Shown here: in pieces, positions 38,992 through 51,411 of the stretch | Layout: each line of letters begins with the position of its first letter | Position numbering within the stretch: position 1 is the stretch's first letter | Source: Squalus acanthias | Lineage: Eukaryota | Direction: 5' to 3' | DNA length: 64,000 bases | Assembly: GCA_030390025.1 (NCBI GenBank) | Contig: CM059431.1 | Span: 103,294,001-103,358,000 of the forward strand | The notes under the pieces: model-generated | The model's database searches: none | What the model saw: only the letters and a program-made list of their open reading frames with translations | Told to the model about the DNA's origin: nothing | Made by a program: the position numbers and the translations under genes

Positions 38992-39844
38992 AATATGTGT
39001 GCATCCAGGGGAAGGGCTATTTGTCTCAATATATCGGGAATATAAATCAGGACATTTTTTGAGGGCATATATATTCTTTTCCCTTTGTTTTCCTTTCCCT
39101 TTTCAATCCTTCTCGAGCACATTTCTTGTGGTTGAAAGGGCAAGGAAGGCAATCTGCTCGCTCGGCACTGCCAAGTGACACTATTCATTGGTTGTCAGAA
39201 TTAACAAGAGGCTGGCCTGATGAAGGCTGCCTGGCAACAGCCTAGCTGATTTCAGGAACTCAGCACCTTCGCTCTCTGCGTTGGCTTCGATACTAAATAG
39301 GCCAACTTTGGATTTGTTAACAACATTGCAGAAAGCTCTGCGAGATCAATGCTTTAATCGCACTAAAATATCCATTAACAATCAATGTCAAATTTCTTGT
39401 GGAAGAGTGTGATACAATTCATAACTTGTAGATCATAACACCACAGTGGAACATGCAAACAGCTGCAACTTCTAATAAAAGTAGCATGCCTGTGGTTTAT
39501 AAATTCAAAGGTTCGAAGTAGGATTAGCCAAACTGTTGGCCAGCCAAGTCTCGACGCTCGAAGTGGCAGAAAGCCCTCTGTCACGATAGATGGTTATGGT
39601 GGCAGGGTGAGATGAAGTGAGGCGGGAGGAGGCTCGTGTGGCGCATAAACGCCGGCACGGACCACTTGGGCTGAATGGCCTGTTTCTGTGCCATATGTCC
39701 TATGTATGTAGTAAGATCTGCCATCCACCACTGCAGACCAGTGTCCACATGGCCAAGACCCGCTTTTAAAATTCTAATTATAAACTGGAGAATGTGCAGA
39801 CTGATTTAACGAGCAATCGGATCACAGAATTCCAACAACCTGCC

Positions 39845-40384
39845 TTACCTAAGAAAGGATATACTTGCCATAGAGGGAGTGCAGCGAAGGTTCAGCAGAC
39901 TGGTCCCTGGGATGGCAGGACTGTCGTATGAGGAGAGATTGGGTCGAATAGGCCTGTATTCACCAGAGTTTAGAAGAATAAGAGGGGATCTCATGGAAAC
40001 GTATAAAATTCTGACAGGGCTAGACAGACTGGATGCAGGAGGATGTTTCCCCTGGCTGGGGGGTTGAGAACGAGGGGTCACAGTCTCAGGATACGGGGTA
40101 GGACATTTAGGACTGAGATGAGGAGAAATTTCTTCACTCAGAGGGTGGTGAACCTGTGAAATTCTCGACCACAGAAGGCTGTGGAGGCCAAGTCACTGAA
40201 TATATTTAAGAAGGACATAGATAGATTTCTAGACACAAAAGGCATCAAGGGGTATGGGGAGAGAGCGGGAATATGGTATTGAGATAGAGGATCAGCCACG
40301 ATCATATTGAATGGCGGAGCAGGCTCGAAGGGCCGAATGGCCTACTCCTGTTCCTATTTTTCTAAGTTTCTTTCTATGTTTCTA
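39845..40384 (+). mobile_element. CR1 3' fragment
   Basis: QRRFSRLVPGMAGLSYEERLG, then the 3' UTR and TTTCTATG tail. Confidence 0.92.
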
Positions 40385-42529
40385 TGAAGGGATAATTACA
40401 AGTCCTAGCCCTTTCAGACTACCCCAGATCAGGCGGATTCCCCAGACGTTTACCTTCAACTAAAGTTTGCGGTAGCCGGATCCCATAAGACGCTTAATTG
40501 GGTCTAAAGGTCAGACTACCTCTCCCTAAAGGAAAGAAACGGTCTGAAGATGTTACCGTCCTCCGGATAGTACTTTTAATAAGTTTAACTAGACTGCAAC
40601 CTTCTGGATATTATAAGGGTCCGGAATACCCCCCAGAATTCTGCAACTCCTTTGAGTGTACAGAAATTGAGTTCGCAAGATGATACAGAAATGCTCTTTG
40701 AGATTATTCTAAAAATATATAGATTTATTACAGAACCGACATTCAGTTAAGATTTATTATGACAATCGCAACTTTAATCGTTCAAAATACAAATAGCTTA
40801 CATTATCTTATTCTCAGATCTTTATTCTCAAATCTTAACTTCGTTACATTTCCACACTTCTACTTATTTCTTAATCCAGAATATCCACCAAAATCAAATA
40901 AGAGTACCTTGATCCCCGAGACTCAAAAGTTAAAAACTTACAGAGAATGTCTGTTAAGTTGAGAAACGCTTGCCTTCTCAGCGACTTCTGCTTTTCTGTT
41001 TGAAAAGTTCTATGTTTTATACTCTTTTTTGGGTGGTTTATCCTTTGAAGTTTTCCTGATGATGTAAGCTTAATTGTATCATATCATCTCCCTGGTGGCC
41101 CAGCTGGGCCCCGGTTCGTGCTGCACAAGGCCCCTTCCCTTTAATAAGGGAAGGCCTGCAGTACCGTGGCGCGACGTGCCGGCGAGCGTGGCGCTGTTGC
41201 ACGTAACACAGCGATATTGGGCTGGAGCGCCCCAAGAGGGAGGGGGAGTGCTTCCAGTAGCGCCCCGCCTCCTGCTTGGGGCGCTACCACCAATTTCGGG
41301 CGCGGGGAGGGTACAGAGGAGATTTACTAGGATGGTACCAGGGATGAAAGACTTCAGTTACGTGGACATACTGGGGTTGTTCTCCTTAGTGCAGAGAAGG
41401 TTAAGGGGAGATTTGATAGAGATGTTCAAAATCATGAAGGGTTTTGATAGAGTAAACAAGGAGAAACTGTTTCCAGTGGCAGGAGGGTCGGTAACCAGAG
41501 GACACAGATTGAAGGTAAAAGAACCAGAGGCGACATGAGGAAAAAAATTGACACAGCTAGTTAGGATCTGGAATGCACTGCTTGAAAGGATGGTGGAAGC
41601 AGATTCAGTAACAACTTTCAAAAGGGAATTAGATAAATACTTGAAGGGGAAAAAATTTGCAAGGTTATGGGGAAAGAGCAGGGGAGTGGGACTAATTGAT
41701 TAGCTCTTTGAAAGAGCCGGGACAGGTGTGATGGGCTGAATGGCCTCCTTCTGTACTGTATCATTCTTTGCTGACTTTGTTCTATTGTTTATTGATATCT
41801 CTGTTGAATGCTTTCTATCTTGTGTCCTGTTTAGGTGTTTCCAAAACCATCATAAACACAATGACAGCAATGGTTTCTGTTTGATGCAATTCTTATCGAA
41901 GTCTTTCTATTCAATTCTAATACTACTTTAACTGGTCTTTATCAGACGTTGTGACTCCGTGGTATTCCAAGTTTAATACATAAACAATGTAATTGCTTGG
42001 TGCATCCATTGATGTCATTTTCAAAGTCTTTCTGTAGGTATCATATTTACAATATGTAAATTGAAAACACTTTAACTCAATGTTTACTTGTTTTCTAGCT
42101 ATCTCAATTGGTTGCATATTTAATCGTGTTTCCTGTCTTTAAGTTTAACATAAAACTATTTTACGACAGGTATTTCTTACTTGATGTCATTTTTTCAGAG
42201 GCACTTGTTTTTTTTTAATGTTCTGTGCACCTGTTCGACGTGTTAGATTATATCACTTTACTTGGGTCATTCCATTGTTTTGATTCCAATGTCCAGACGC
42301 TCTGGAAGCAAACCTTTGCTTTATCAATAGGGCTTGTTTCTTGGTCAATAACCCATTCCCATTTCAAAGCTTGTGAATAACTGATCTTTATCTCAGAAGC
42401 CTGTATTGTATCGGCAGCCTGTGTCGCCGAGGCTTTCAGACTTTTAAACCCAATATGTCACTTATTAATAATTTCAGAAATCTGTTTTTAGTATCGTGTA
42501 TTTTTCTGAATCCTGGCTCTTCCTTCACA
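40385..42529 (-). mobile_element. Solo LTR copy 1 (~1.46 kb plus ~0.7 kb nested insert)
   Basis: TGAAGGGA..TTCCTTCACA (TG..CA with short inverted ends), TSD TCTA. Minus-strand TATAAAA at 41021-41015 and AATAAA at 40729-40724. Colinear with 54813-56273. Confidence 0.85.
41085..41770 (+). mobile_element. Chimeric insert: inverted Harbinger-MITE fragment fused to a CR1 3' end
   Basis: 41095-41305 resembles the reverse complement of about 56420-56640. 41306-41770 is a CR1 C-terminus and UTR. Absent from LTR copy 2. Confidence 0.8.
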
Positions 42530-43635
42530 TCTATGCCTTCTAAAACTGAACACAGACCTCTCTGCTGCTTACAGTGTGCGGAGAGCTTGCTGCTATTACT
42601 TAGTGGCTGCCTCGCATTATTTTCAGATGTCTCGCACAGTGATGTGCCAGTGTTTTTCTATTTTGTTTTCTGCCAGCAACTCAGCAGCTACTTATCAGGA
42701 TTGTAATACATTCCTATCATTGTGGGTTATCCAGCATGCTGATCAGACATCAAAGCCCATTTACACTCGTGGGATGAGCTTAGTCGTCCATTTCTGGTTA
42801 GACGCATCTGCGCTTTGTGATTATTTTTGAACTTGTAACCTGGGTAGAATTCATAACAGCATTGGACAAATACTTAAAGGGGAGAAAATTTACAGGGAGA
42901 GAGCAGGGGGGAGTGGGGCTAATTGGATAGCTCTGCCAAAGAGCCAGCACAGGCACGATGGGCCGAATGGCCTCCTTATATGCTGTACCGTTCCATGATT
43001 CTATGAATATCTGTCACAGTTAATAAACATTACCAATTATCATAGACTCAACCCGAATATAAGAACTAAAGCCTACTCCCTTGACCTTAAATATTTAACA
43101 TTTCACATCATTATATGGAAAAAAAACTCCAAAATCAATACATATGGGATATTTCCTGTAGAGGTTTGCTGAGGAGAGAGAGAGCAGCTCTCAATTCAAG
43201 GAAGATCAATTAAAACAGCATCAGAATAAGTACTTCACAGAAGTAACTTTGATCCTACAAAAATCATATTCATTGCACTGTACAAGGCATGCATCATAAT
43301 TTTACATGTAAGGCTTTGGATTCTGTTTTTTGGGATCAATGCATAATGTACTTTTCTGCATTGTACTTGTGTCATGGTCTGTTTGGGGCTTTCTATTCCC
43401 GAACTCAATGTGCGTTGGCAAGAAGGATTGCTGACTTGACACACATTGCCTGAAGTCTACTTTGAGTTTGACAATGGTACGCCAGTTTCAAATGACAAAG
43501 TAATGCAGGAATATTAGCCGTGTAGAATTTCAAATAGGTTTTCAGGAGGGTTAGGGAGGAAGAGAGGGAGGGAGGGAATTTATATAGTACTTTTCACAAC
43601 CTCAGGATGTCCCAAAGTGCTTTACAACCAATTAA

Positions 43636-45050
43636 CCATCGAATCATAGAAATTTACAGCACAGAAGGAGGCCATTCAGCCCATCGTGTCTGCGCCGGTC
43701 AAAAACAAGCTATCCAGCCTAATCCCACTTTCCAGCTTTTGGTCCGTAGCCCTGTAGGTTACGGCACTTCAAGTGCATATCCAAGTACTTTTTAAATGTG
43801 ATGAGGGTTTCTGCCTCTACCACCCTTTCAGGCAGTGAGTTCCAGACCCCCACCACCCTCTGGGTGAAAAAAGTTCTCCTCAACTCCCCTCTAATCCTTC
43901 TACCAATTACTTTAAATCTATGCCCTTGGTTATTGACCTCTCTGCTAAGGGAAATAGGTCCTTCCTAACCACTCTATCTAGGCCCCTCATAACTTTATAC
44001 CCCTCAATTAAGTCTCCCCTCAGCCTCCTCTGTTCCAAAGAAAACAACCTCAGCCTATCCAATCTTTCCTCATAGCTAAAATTCTCCAGTCCTGGCAACA
44101 TCCTCGTAAATTGCCTCTGTACCCTCTCTAGTGCATCACAACTTTCCTGTAATGTGGTGACCAGAACTGCACGCAGTATTCTAGCTGCAGCCTAACTAGT
44201 GTTTTATACAGTTCTAACATAACCTCTCTGGTCTTGCATTCGATGCCTCAGCTAATAAAGGAAAGTATCTCGTATGCCTTCTTAACCACCTTATCTACTT
44301 GTCCTGCTACCTTCAGGGATCTATGGACATGCACTCCAAGGTCCCTCTGTTCCTCTACATTTCTCAGTATCCTACATTTATTGTGTATTCCCTTGCCTTG
44401 TCAGCCCTCCCCAAATGCATTACCTCACACTTCTCCGGATTGAATTCCATTTGCCACTTTTCTGGCCACCTGACCAGTCCATTGATATCTTCCTGCAGTC
44501 TACAGCTATCTTCCTCACTATCAACCACACGGCCAATTTTTGTATCATCTGCAAACTTCTTAATCATGCCCCTTACATTGAAGTCTAAATCATTGATATA
44601 CACCACAAAAAGCAGTGGACCTAGTACTGAGCCCTGTGGAACCCCACTGCAAACAGCTTTCCAGTCACAAAAACACCCGTCGACCATTACCCTTTGGTTC
44701 CTGCCACTGAGCCAATTTTGCCATTTTCCCTTGGATCCCATGGGCTTTTACTTTTTTGACCAACCTGCCATGTGGGACCTTGTCAAAGGCCTTGCTAAAA
44801 TCCATGTAGACTACATCGAATGCACTACCCTCATCGACCCTCCTTGTTACCTCCTCAAAAAATTCAATCACATTAGTCAGACATGACCTTCCCTTATAAA
44901 TCCATGCTGACTGTCCTTGATTATTCCGTGCCTTTCTAAATGAAGATTTAACCTGTCCCTCAGAATTTTTTCCATTAATTTTCCCACCTCCGAGGTTCAG
45001 CTGACTGGCCTGTAATTACTTGGTCTATCCCTTTCTCCCTTTTTAAACAA
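43636..45050 (-). mobile_element. 5'-truncated CR1 inserted in a Deu SINE
   Basis: Minus ORFs 44665, 44364 (FADD) and 43907. SINE halves lie on both sides, with CAATTAA repeated at the junctions. Confidence 0.92.
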
Positions 45051-45624
45051 TTAAGTACTTTTTGAAGTGTAGTCACTGTTGTAATTTAGGAAATGCAGCA
45101 GCTAATTTGCGCACAGCAAGGTTCCACAAACAGCGATGTGATAATGACCAGATAATCTGTTTAGTGATGTTGGTTGAGGGATAAATATTGGTCAGGACAC
45201 CGGGGAACACTCCCCCTGCTCTTCTTCGTAATAGTGCCATGGGATCTTTACGTCCACCTGAGAGGGCAGACGGGGCCTCGGTTTAACATTTCATACGAAA
45301 GATGGTACCTCCGACAGTGTTGGCGTAGATTTTGTGCTTACGTCTCTGGAGTGGAACTTGAACCCACAACCTTTTGATTCCGAGGAGAGAGGGTTACCCA
45401 CTGGACCACGGCCGTAACCTGAGGAAACTCAACGTGTTCTGTCCTCTGAAGCAGTCTCACGTCAGGTAATAAAGTCTCAACTCTGCAGAAGTTGAGGAGA
45501 CGCACCACAAGGCACAATGGTCCACTTGTGATAAAAAAAAATATGCATTGCAAAACAATATATATCCTAAAAGATCATTTAAGTCCATTCTCCATGACGA
45601 AGAGAGATAGCAAGGCATTGATAA

Positions 45625-46010
45625 GATTGACAGGGTCGATGCAGGGAGGATGTTTCCTCTGGCTGGGGAGTCTAGAATAGGGGTCACTGTCTCAAAATAA
45701 GGGGTCAGCCATTTAAGACTGAGATGAGGAGAAATAGTCTAAAAATTAGAGCCAGAACTTTCAGGAGTGAAATTAGGAAACACTTCTACATACAAAGAGT
45801 GGTAGAAGTTTGGAACTCTCTTCCGCAAACGACAATTGATGCTCGATCAATTGTTAATTTTAAATCTGAGATTGATAGATTTTTGTTAACCAAAGGTATT
45901 AAGGGATACGGGGCAAAGGCGGGCAGATGGAGTTAGGTCTCAGATCAGCCATGATCTCATTGAATGGTGGAACAGGCTCGAGGGGCTGAATGGCCTCCTC
46001 CTGTTCCTGT
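45625..46010 (+). mobile_element. CR1 3' fragments from two subfamilies joined near 45735
   Basis: The LKIRG..FKTEMRRN segment is followed by LKIRARTFRSEIRKHF. Confidence 0.8.
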
Positions 46011-47294
46011 GGTCAAATTTAGGGATTTGACAACAGGGTAGATTTTAACGTTTTACTATCGGGCGAAAAACTATTGGTAGAATATCGGTCATGCATTGCA
46101 TACCCTGCCAGATTTTCCTTTCCATTGGCCAGTCTTCTTCTGTCAGTTTTCCAAAGTGAAAATCACCTTGAGCATTTAAAATAAAAAAAAACCTACAGAT
46201 ACAGAACCCAGCCGCTGGTCTTTGGAGAAATTGCTTACTTGATCCTGATGTTGAAAGAAGAAAAAAAAGACTTGCATTTCTATAGCGCCTTTCACGACCT
46301 CAGGACGTCCCAATGCGTCTACAGCCAGTGAAGTACTTTTGAAAGTGTAGTCACTGTTGTAATGTAGGAAACGTGGCAGCCAATTTGCGCACAGCAAGCT
46401 CCCACATACATAATCTGTTTTTGGTGATGTTGGCTGAGGGATAAATGTTGGCCAGGACACCGGACGGAGGAGATGTGGATCCAATATCGGCATTGGCACA
46501 GATGTCCAAAATGATGCTCCTGCACCTCACCCGCACATCCACAGAATAGAATCTTGCCCTGTTAATTAAAATGTGCAAACTCTTAGCAGATGTGCAGGCG
46601 AGCACTGACAATGGAAAGCAGAACACCAGAAAGTCAATAATAATGAGTCGTTTCTCTATGGTTCTCTCTCTCTCTCTCTCGGGATGTTGAGAAACAAAAT
46701 AGCGACGCTTCTAAAAAATAAATAGCAGCAACTTGAAAAATGGCTCTGAAAAATATCGCTGACTGATTGACTCCTACATTTGGTGCAGTTGTAGATTGAA
46801 TCGGGAGCGGAGTGGAGGGGGGGTGTGCGGGGGGTGGTGGGTTCAGTGCCATAAAAGCTGGGCACAGTTGTGACTTTTACTCACATTAGCAGAGTGTACA
46901 TGGAATTTACAGCACAGAAACAGGCCATTCGGCCCAACAGGTCTGTGCCAGTGTTTATGCTCCGCACGAGCCTCCTCCCACACTTACCTCTTCTCACCCC
47001 ATCAACAGATCCTTCTATTCCTTGCTCCCTCATGTACGTATCTAGCTTGCTCTTAAAGGCATCCAAGCTATTCGCCTCAACTACTCCCTGTGGTAGCGAG
47101 TTTCACGTTCTCACCACTCTTTGGGTGAAGAGGTATAGCTTGTGTCATCCTGATACGCCAAATCCTCTTTTTAAGTCCTGGTATTAGTAATCTGCCAATT
47201 ATCTCGGCTAAATTAGTAAGCTGGGTGCGGTTATGCTGTGGGCACAACTGATGAGACTGCATCAAGGGGACAATTTTCCAATAGTTTGTTCTTG

Positions 47295-47757
47295 AGGAAA
47301 GGTTGAGCAGGTTGGGCCTATACTCATTGGAGTTTAGAAGAATGAGAGGTGATCTTATTGAAACATATAAGATTCTGAGGGGGTTTGACAGGGTAGATGC
47401 AGGGAAGATGTTTCCCCTCGTGGGGGAATCTAGAACTAGGGGGCATAATTTCAGGATAAGGGGTCGCCCATTTAAAACGGAGATGAGGAGGAATTTCTTC
47501 TCTCAGAGGGTCGTGAATCTTTGGAATTCTCTACCCCAGAGAGCTGTGGAGGCTGGGTCATTGAATATATTCAAGGCGGAGATAGACAGATTTTTGAAAA
47601 ACAGGGGAGTCAAGGGTTATGGGGAGTGGGCGGGAAAGTGGAGTTGAGGCGAAGACCAGGTCAGCCACGATCTTATTGAATGGCAGAGCAGGCTCGAGGG
47701 GCCGAATGGCCGACTCCTGCTCCTATTTTTCTATGTTTTTATGTTCTATGTTTCTAT
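47295..47757 (+). mobile_element. CR1 3' fragment
   Basis: ORF 47303..47647 with UTR and TTCTATG tail. Confidence 0.93.
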
Positions 47758-48118
47758 GGGGGAAAAATTAGGTCGCGCCCCGTTTGGGGCGCAAATATCG
47801 TCTGGACGCAAAAATTAGCGCCTGGCGCTAATTATCGCCACTGACTGGAAACTTCACTTTTACCGCCCCGGGAGGTGAGTGGAGCGCTAAATCAGGCGCT
47901 GCACACCTGTCTTAAGGCGCAAAGGCCGAGCAGTGAGGCGCTAACTCAGCGCGCGAGTGCAGCGCAGGTGCTGCCAGTTAGCGAGGGAACACAGACACAC
48001 TGGCGCCGGCCAGTTCTTAAAGGGGGGGGGGGGGAATCTTGCTCCCCAGCCACACCCTGCTCATTGCAGCCTTGAATCTCGGCCTGGAGAGACCTGTGAA
48101 TCCATTTTGCTGCCAAGG

Positions 48119-49938
48119 ATGGAGAGGGTGAGAGAACGAGCTCAGCGCTTCACCGAGCAGGCCTTGGATGCTCTGGTTGGCGCGGTAGAGCGCAGAAGAT
48201 CTATACTTTTCCCTGAGAGTGGCAGGAGGCCTTTGCCACGCGAGTACAGAAGAGTGTGGAGGGAGGTGGCTCAGAGCGTCTCCTCCAGGAGCATGGTGCC
48301 CAGGACCCATGTTCAATGCCGCAAAAAGTTCAACGACCTCACTCGGGTCGTCAGGGTGAGTGACTTTTTCTCAATACCTCTCCATCCCTCCATCTCAACC
48401 TCACTCTATGGCCAGAGGGTCTTAAAACCCCAATGCACAACACTCATCCAACACCTATGGCCCTTTCATGAAACACACACACACAATCCACACTTTGCAT
48501 ACAGTAAAGGCTATTCACCTATGGGAGGCACATCAGGCAAGACCATGGCTGTATACAGTAAGGGCTATTCACCTATGGGAGGCACATCAGGCAAGACCAT
48601 GGCTGTATATTTACTCAGATGCTGTCCTTTTTCTTGCAGGCCAAGCTGGCGCATAATAGGAGACAGCAGCAACGGACAGGTGGAGGGCGGCCTCAGCTGC
48701 AAACCCTCAGCGATCTTGAGGAGCGCGTCCACAGGATTGTGGCAAGCCGGGTGATCGGTCCCGTCGCCACTGGAGACGCCGACCCCGTTCTGGACAGCAA
48801 TGGGAAGGTCATCACCTTTTTGTCCTCTGTCCTTCCACTTGTCCCTCACAACACCAGCCTTTGACACTTTCAATCCAACTTACTAACTCGCTGCACTTAT
48901 TCCTCCCTTACTGCCACCCTGTCCTCACGCTAAAGCCACTCTTGTACCTCCCTGCTTTCAGATGGTGATTCACCAGCTGAGGAGACGGGCCCTGAAGCTG
49001 CCAGTGGGAGTGAAGCTGCAGCCGAGGAGGAAGAGGGAGCCGAAGCATCAGTGCCACCCTCTCCCGAGGAAGTCCATGCCGACACTGGGAACACGCCTTC
49101 CCTGGAGGGGAGCAGGGGGAAAGGGTCTGATGAGGGTGAAGCTCCAGGACCCAGCGGGCTGCAGCAACGCCATGGGGGTAGGGAAGAAAGGGGGCCTTCT
49201 CCCCAGAGGGAGAGTATGCCAGCGAGTCCTACTGCAATGGACGCAGAGGAGGAGCGGCTGATCGCAGAAATGAACACCCAGGCGGTGGGCATGCACACTG
49301 AGCTGATGGGTGCAGTGGGAAGGGTGCCCGAATGCATTGAGTCACTGGCAAGGAGTGTGGAGCACTTCGCTGTAGCACAGGCGGATGCCACACTAAAGCT
49401 TAGTGCTGCAATTCAGTCACTGACTGCCATGATCCCATCTCTGACTGCTCTCATGCAGACTCAGATTGAGGCCACGCGAGCACTGACTGCTGCCATCCTC
49501 GATGGTTCGTTCACATTTCCCCGAGGCTCTCACCGCGCCGCAGCAGGCCGGCAATCTGTGCTCCAGCAGATTGCTCCGGATGCTGAAGTGCTGCCCCGTG
49601 GGAGTGCCAGTGTGTCGGTCGAGCAGGGAGTTGCTGTCCTCTCTCACGATGACAGCATTCCTGCTGCCAACACTGTCACTTCTCCACTGCACTTGCCACC
49701 GCCTGTAGGACAGACTGCTGCCGCCCATGCAGAGTTGGTGCAGTCTGCAGCCGGGCCCTCCAGGCCCAGAACTGGTCGAGGCCGTCCTTCAGGGGCATCT
49801 GCAGTGTCAGGGTCTGACCATCAGCAGCCTTCCACCAGCCTTGCTGCAGCCACTGAGGTCCCATTACGGAGGAGCAGTAGGGTTAGAAGGGGGGAAGTGC
49901 GCAAGGGAAGGAGATCACCCTCGAAGGGCAAAAAGTAG
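48119..49938 (+). CDS. Harbinger Myb/SANT-like protein; predicted exons 48119-48355, 48640-48802, 48962-49938
   Basis: MERVRERAQRFTEQALDALV..WREVAQSV..RTHVQCRKKFNDL | AKLAHNRRQQQRTGGG | acidic, helical and basic C-terminus. Exon phases fit, but the second donor reads GGAAGG instead of GT. Confidence 0.8.
48499..48606. repeat. 2 x 54 bp tandem duplication in Myb intron 1
   Basis: ATACAGTAA(A/G)GGCTATTCACC..CATGGCTGT occurs twice with one mismatch. Confidence 0.95.
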
Positions 49939-50250
49939 GAGGTGTGACAAAATGCTGGTCATTTTTTTATTAAAGGCCGAGGTTCGTGGTCCAACTTTTG
50001 TTTAGTGTTTTGGACATTATCTCCAGGTTGTGAGAACCAGTTATGTTAATGACTGTTTTTTAGTGTTTATTTCTATGAGTTTGTCATGAGGAAATGACAC
50101 ACACAGAGTTTGTAAAATAAATAAGTTTTTGTATTCAAAATATACATGTTTGGTGTTTGGAATCATTGGTGCCTTGGCCGACTTAGGGGTTGCGTGCTGG
50201 GTTCATTGATGTTGTTAGCAATGGCAGAAGCCATTTCCACAGCAGGGGCC

Positions 50251-51411
50251 CTAGAAGCGGCTTGCTATCAGCCGTTGACGGACGGCCCTTGCAGTTTGAC
50301 CATTGTGGGCCGCCCTCCCGCCTTGGTGCTGCTGATGATCATCCTCCTCGTCCTCTTCCTCCTCTTCCTCCTCCTCCTCTGGTGGTGCTCCAAGGCCTGG
50401 TGGCATTGGCTGGGTCCTGACGATTGCCATGTTATGCAACATGCAGCACACAACTACGAAGTTGGATACTCGCTCAGGCGAGTACTGCAGGGCTCCTCCA
50501 GAATGGTCGAGACAGCGGAACCGTTGCTTCAGCACGCCGATTGTGCGCTCAATGATGTTCCTGGTAGCTTGATGGCTCTCATTGTACCGCAGCTCAGCAG
50601 GGGTGTTGGGTGTACGGAGCGGTGTCATCAGCCAGGTGCTCAATGCATACCCCTTGTCCCCGAGAAGCCAACCAACTGGCTGATGCGGTGCCTCGAAAAG
50701 TTCTGCCACAGTAGTCTGGCGCAGGATAAAAGCATCGTGGCAGCTGCCAGGATAGTGGGCATTGACAGTGAGTATCAGCTGTCTGTGGTCACAGACCAAC
50801 TGAACATTCAAGGAATGGAACCCCTTTCTGTTCCGGAAATCCTCGGCATTCTCATGTGGAGCACGCAAAGCCACATGCGTGCAGTCAATGGCGCCCTGCA
50901 CCATGGGGAAGCCCGCTATCCTTGCAAAGCCCAGAGCGCGGTCACGCTGCTTGTCTGGGGTCATGGGGAAAGAGATGAACTCTCGTCTCCTTTTAAAGAG
51001 GGCATTTGTGACCTGCCGGATGCAGCAATGCACCGCGAACTGGGAGATATTGGCGAGGTCCCCAGCAGCAGCTTGAAATGAGCCAGTAGCATAGAAGTTG
51101 AGAGCCACTGTGACCTTCACTGCCACCGACAGAGACGTCCTGGACCTCAGTTGAGGCTGCAGATCTGGCTGCAGCAGGTGGCAGAGCTCAGTGACCACCT
51201 CCTTGCTGAATCGCAGCCTTCGCAAACACAGCTCCTCAGACAAATGAATGTAGGAGAGCTGTTCACGATATACCCTGGGAGGGTAAGCTCTCCTGTACAG
51301 ACGCCTGTTGGCCCTCCTCCGTCTGGCCATCATTGCCACTCTCTCTCTGCGTCTCTGTGTCCTCCGATTCAGCTGGAGCAGGACGACGCCCCCATTCAGT
51401 GCAGCCCCCAT
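50251..51411 (-). CDS. Harbinger DDE transposase (HARBI1-like), 386 aa, intact
   Basis: GAIDCTHV, NRKGFHSLNVQLVCD, PGSCHDA, LGDKGY, RNIIERTIGVLKQRFRCL, CCMLHN. First ATG at 51411. Confidence 0.96.
   Translation of the reverse strand: MGAALNGGVVLLQLNRRTQRRRERVAMMARRRRANRRLYRRAYPPRVYREQLSYIHLSEELCLRRLRFSKEVVTELCHLLQPDLQPQLRSRTSLSVAVKVTVALNFYATGSFQAAAGDLANISQFAVHCCIRQVTNALFKRRREFISFPMTPDKQRDRALGFARIAGFPMVQGAIDCTHVALRAPHENAEDFRNRKGFHSLNVQLVCDHRQLILTVNAHYPGSCHDAFILRQTTVAELFEAPHQPVGWLLGDKGYALSTWLMTPLRTPNTPAELRYNESHQATRNIIERTIGVLKQRFRCLDHSGGALQYSPERVSNFVVVCCMLHNMAIVRTQPMPPGLGAPPEEEEEEEEEDEEDDHQQHQGGRAAHNGQTARAVRQRLIASRF

Noticed and set aside
50146..51081. 311 aa plus-strand ORF
   Set aside because: Antisense shadow of the transposase with no recognisable motifs.
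50251..51411. Domesticated host HARBI1 gene
   Set aside because: It lies between TIRs with a TSD and a Myb partner, so it is a transposon copy.
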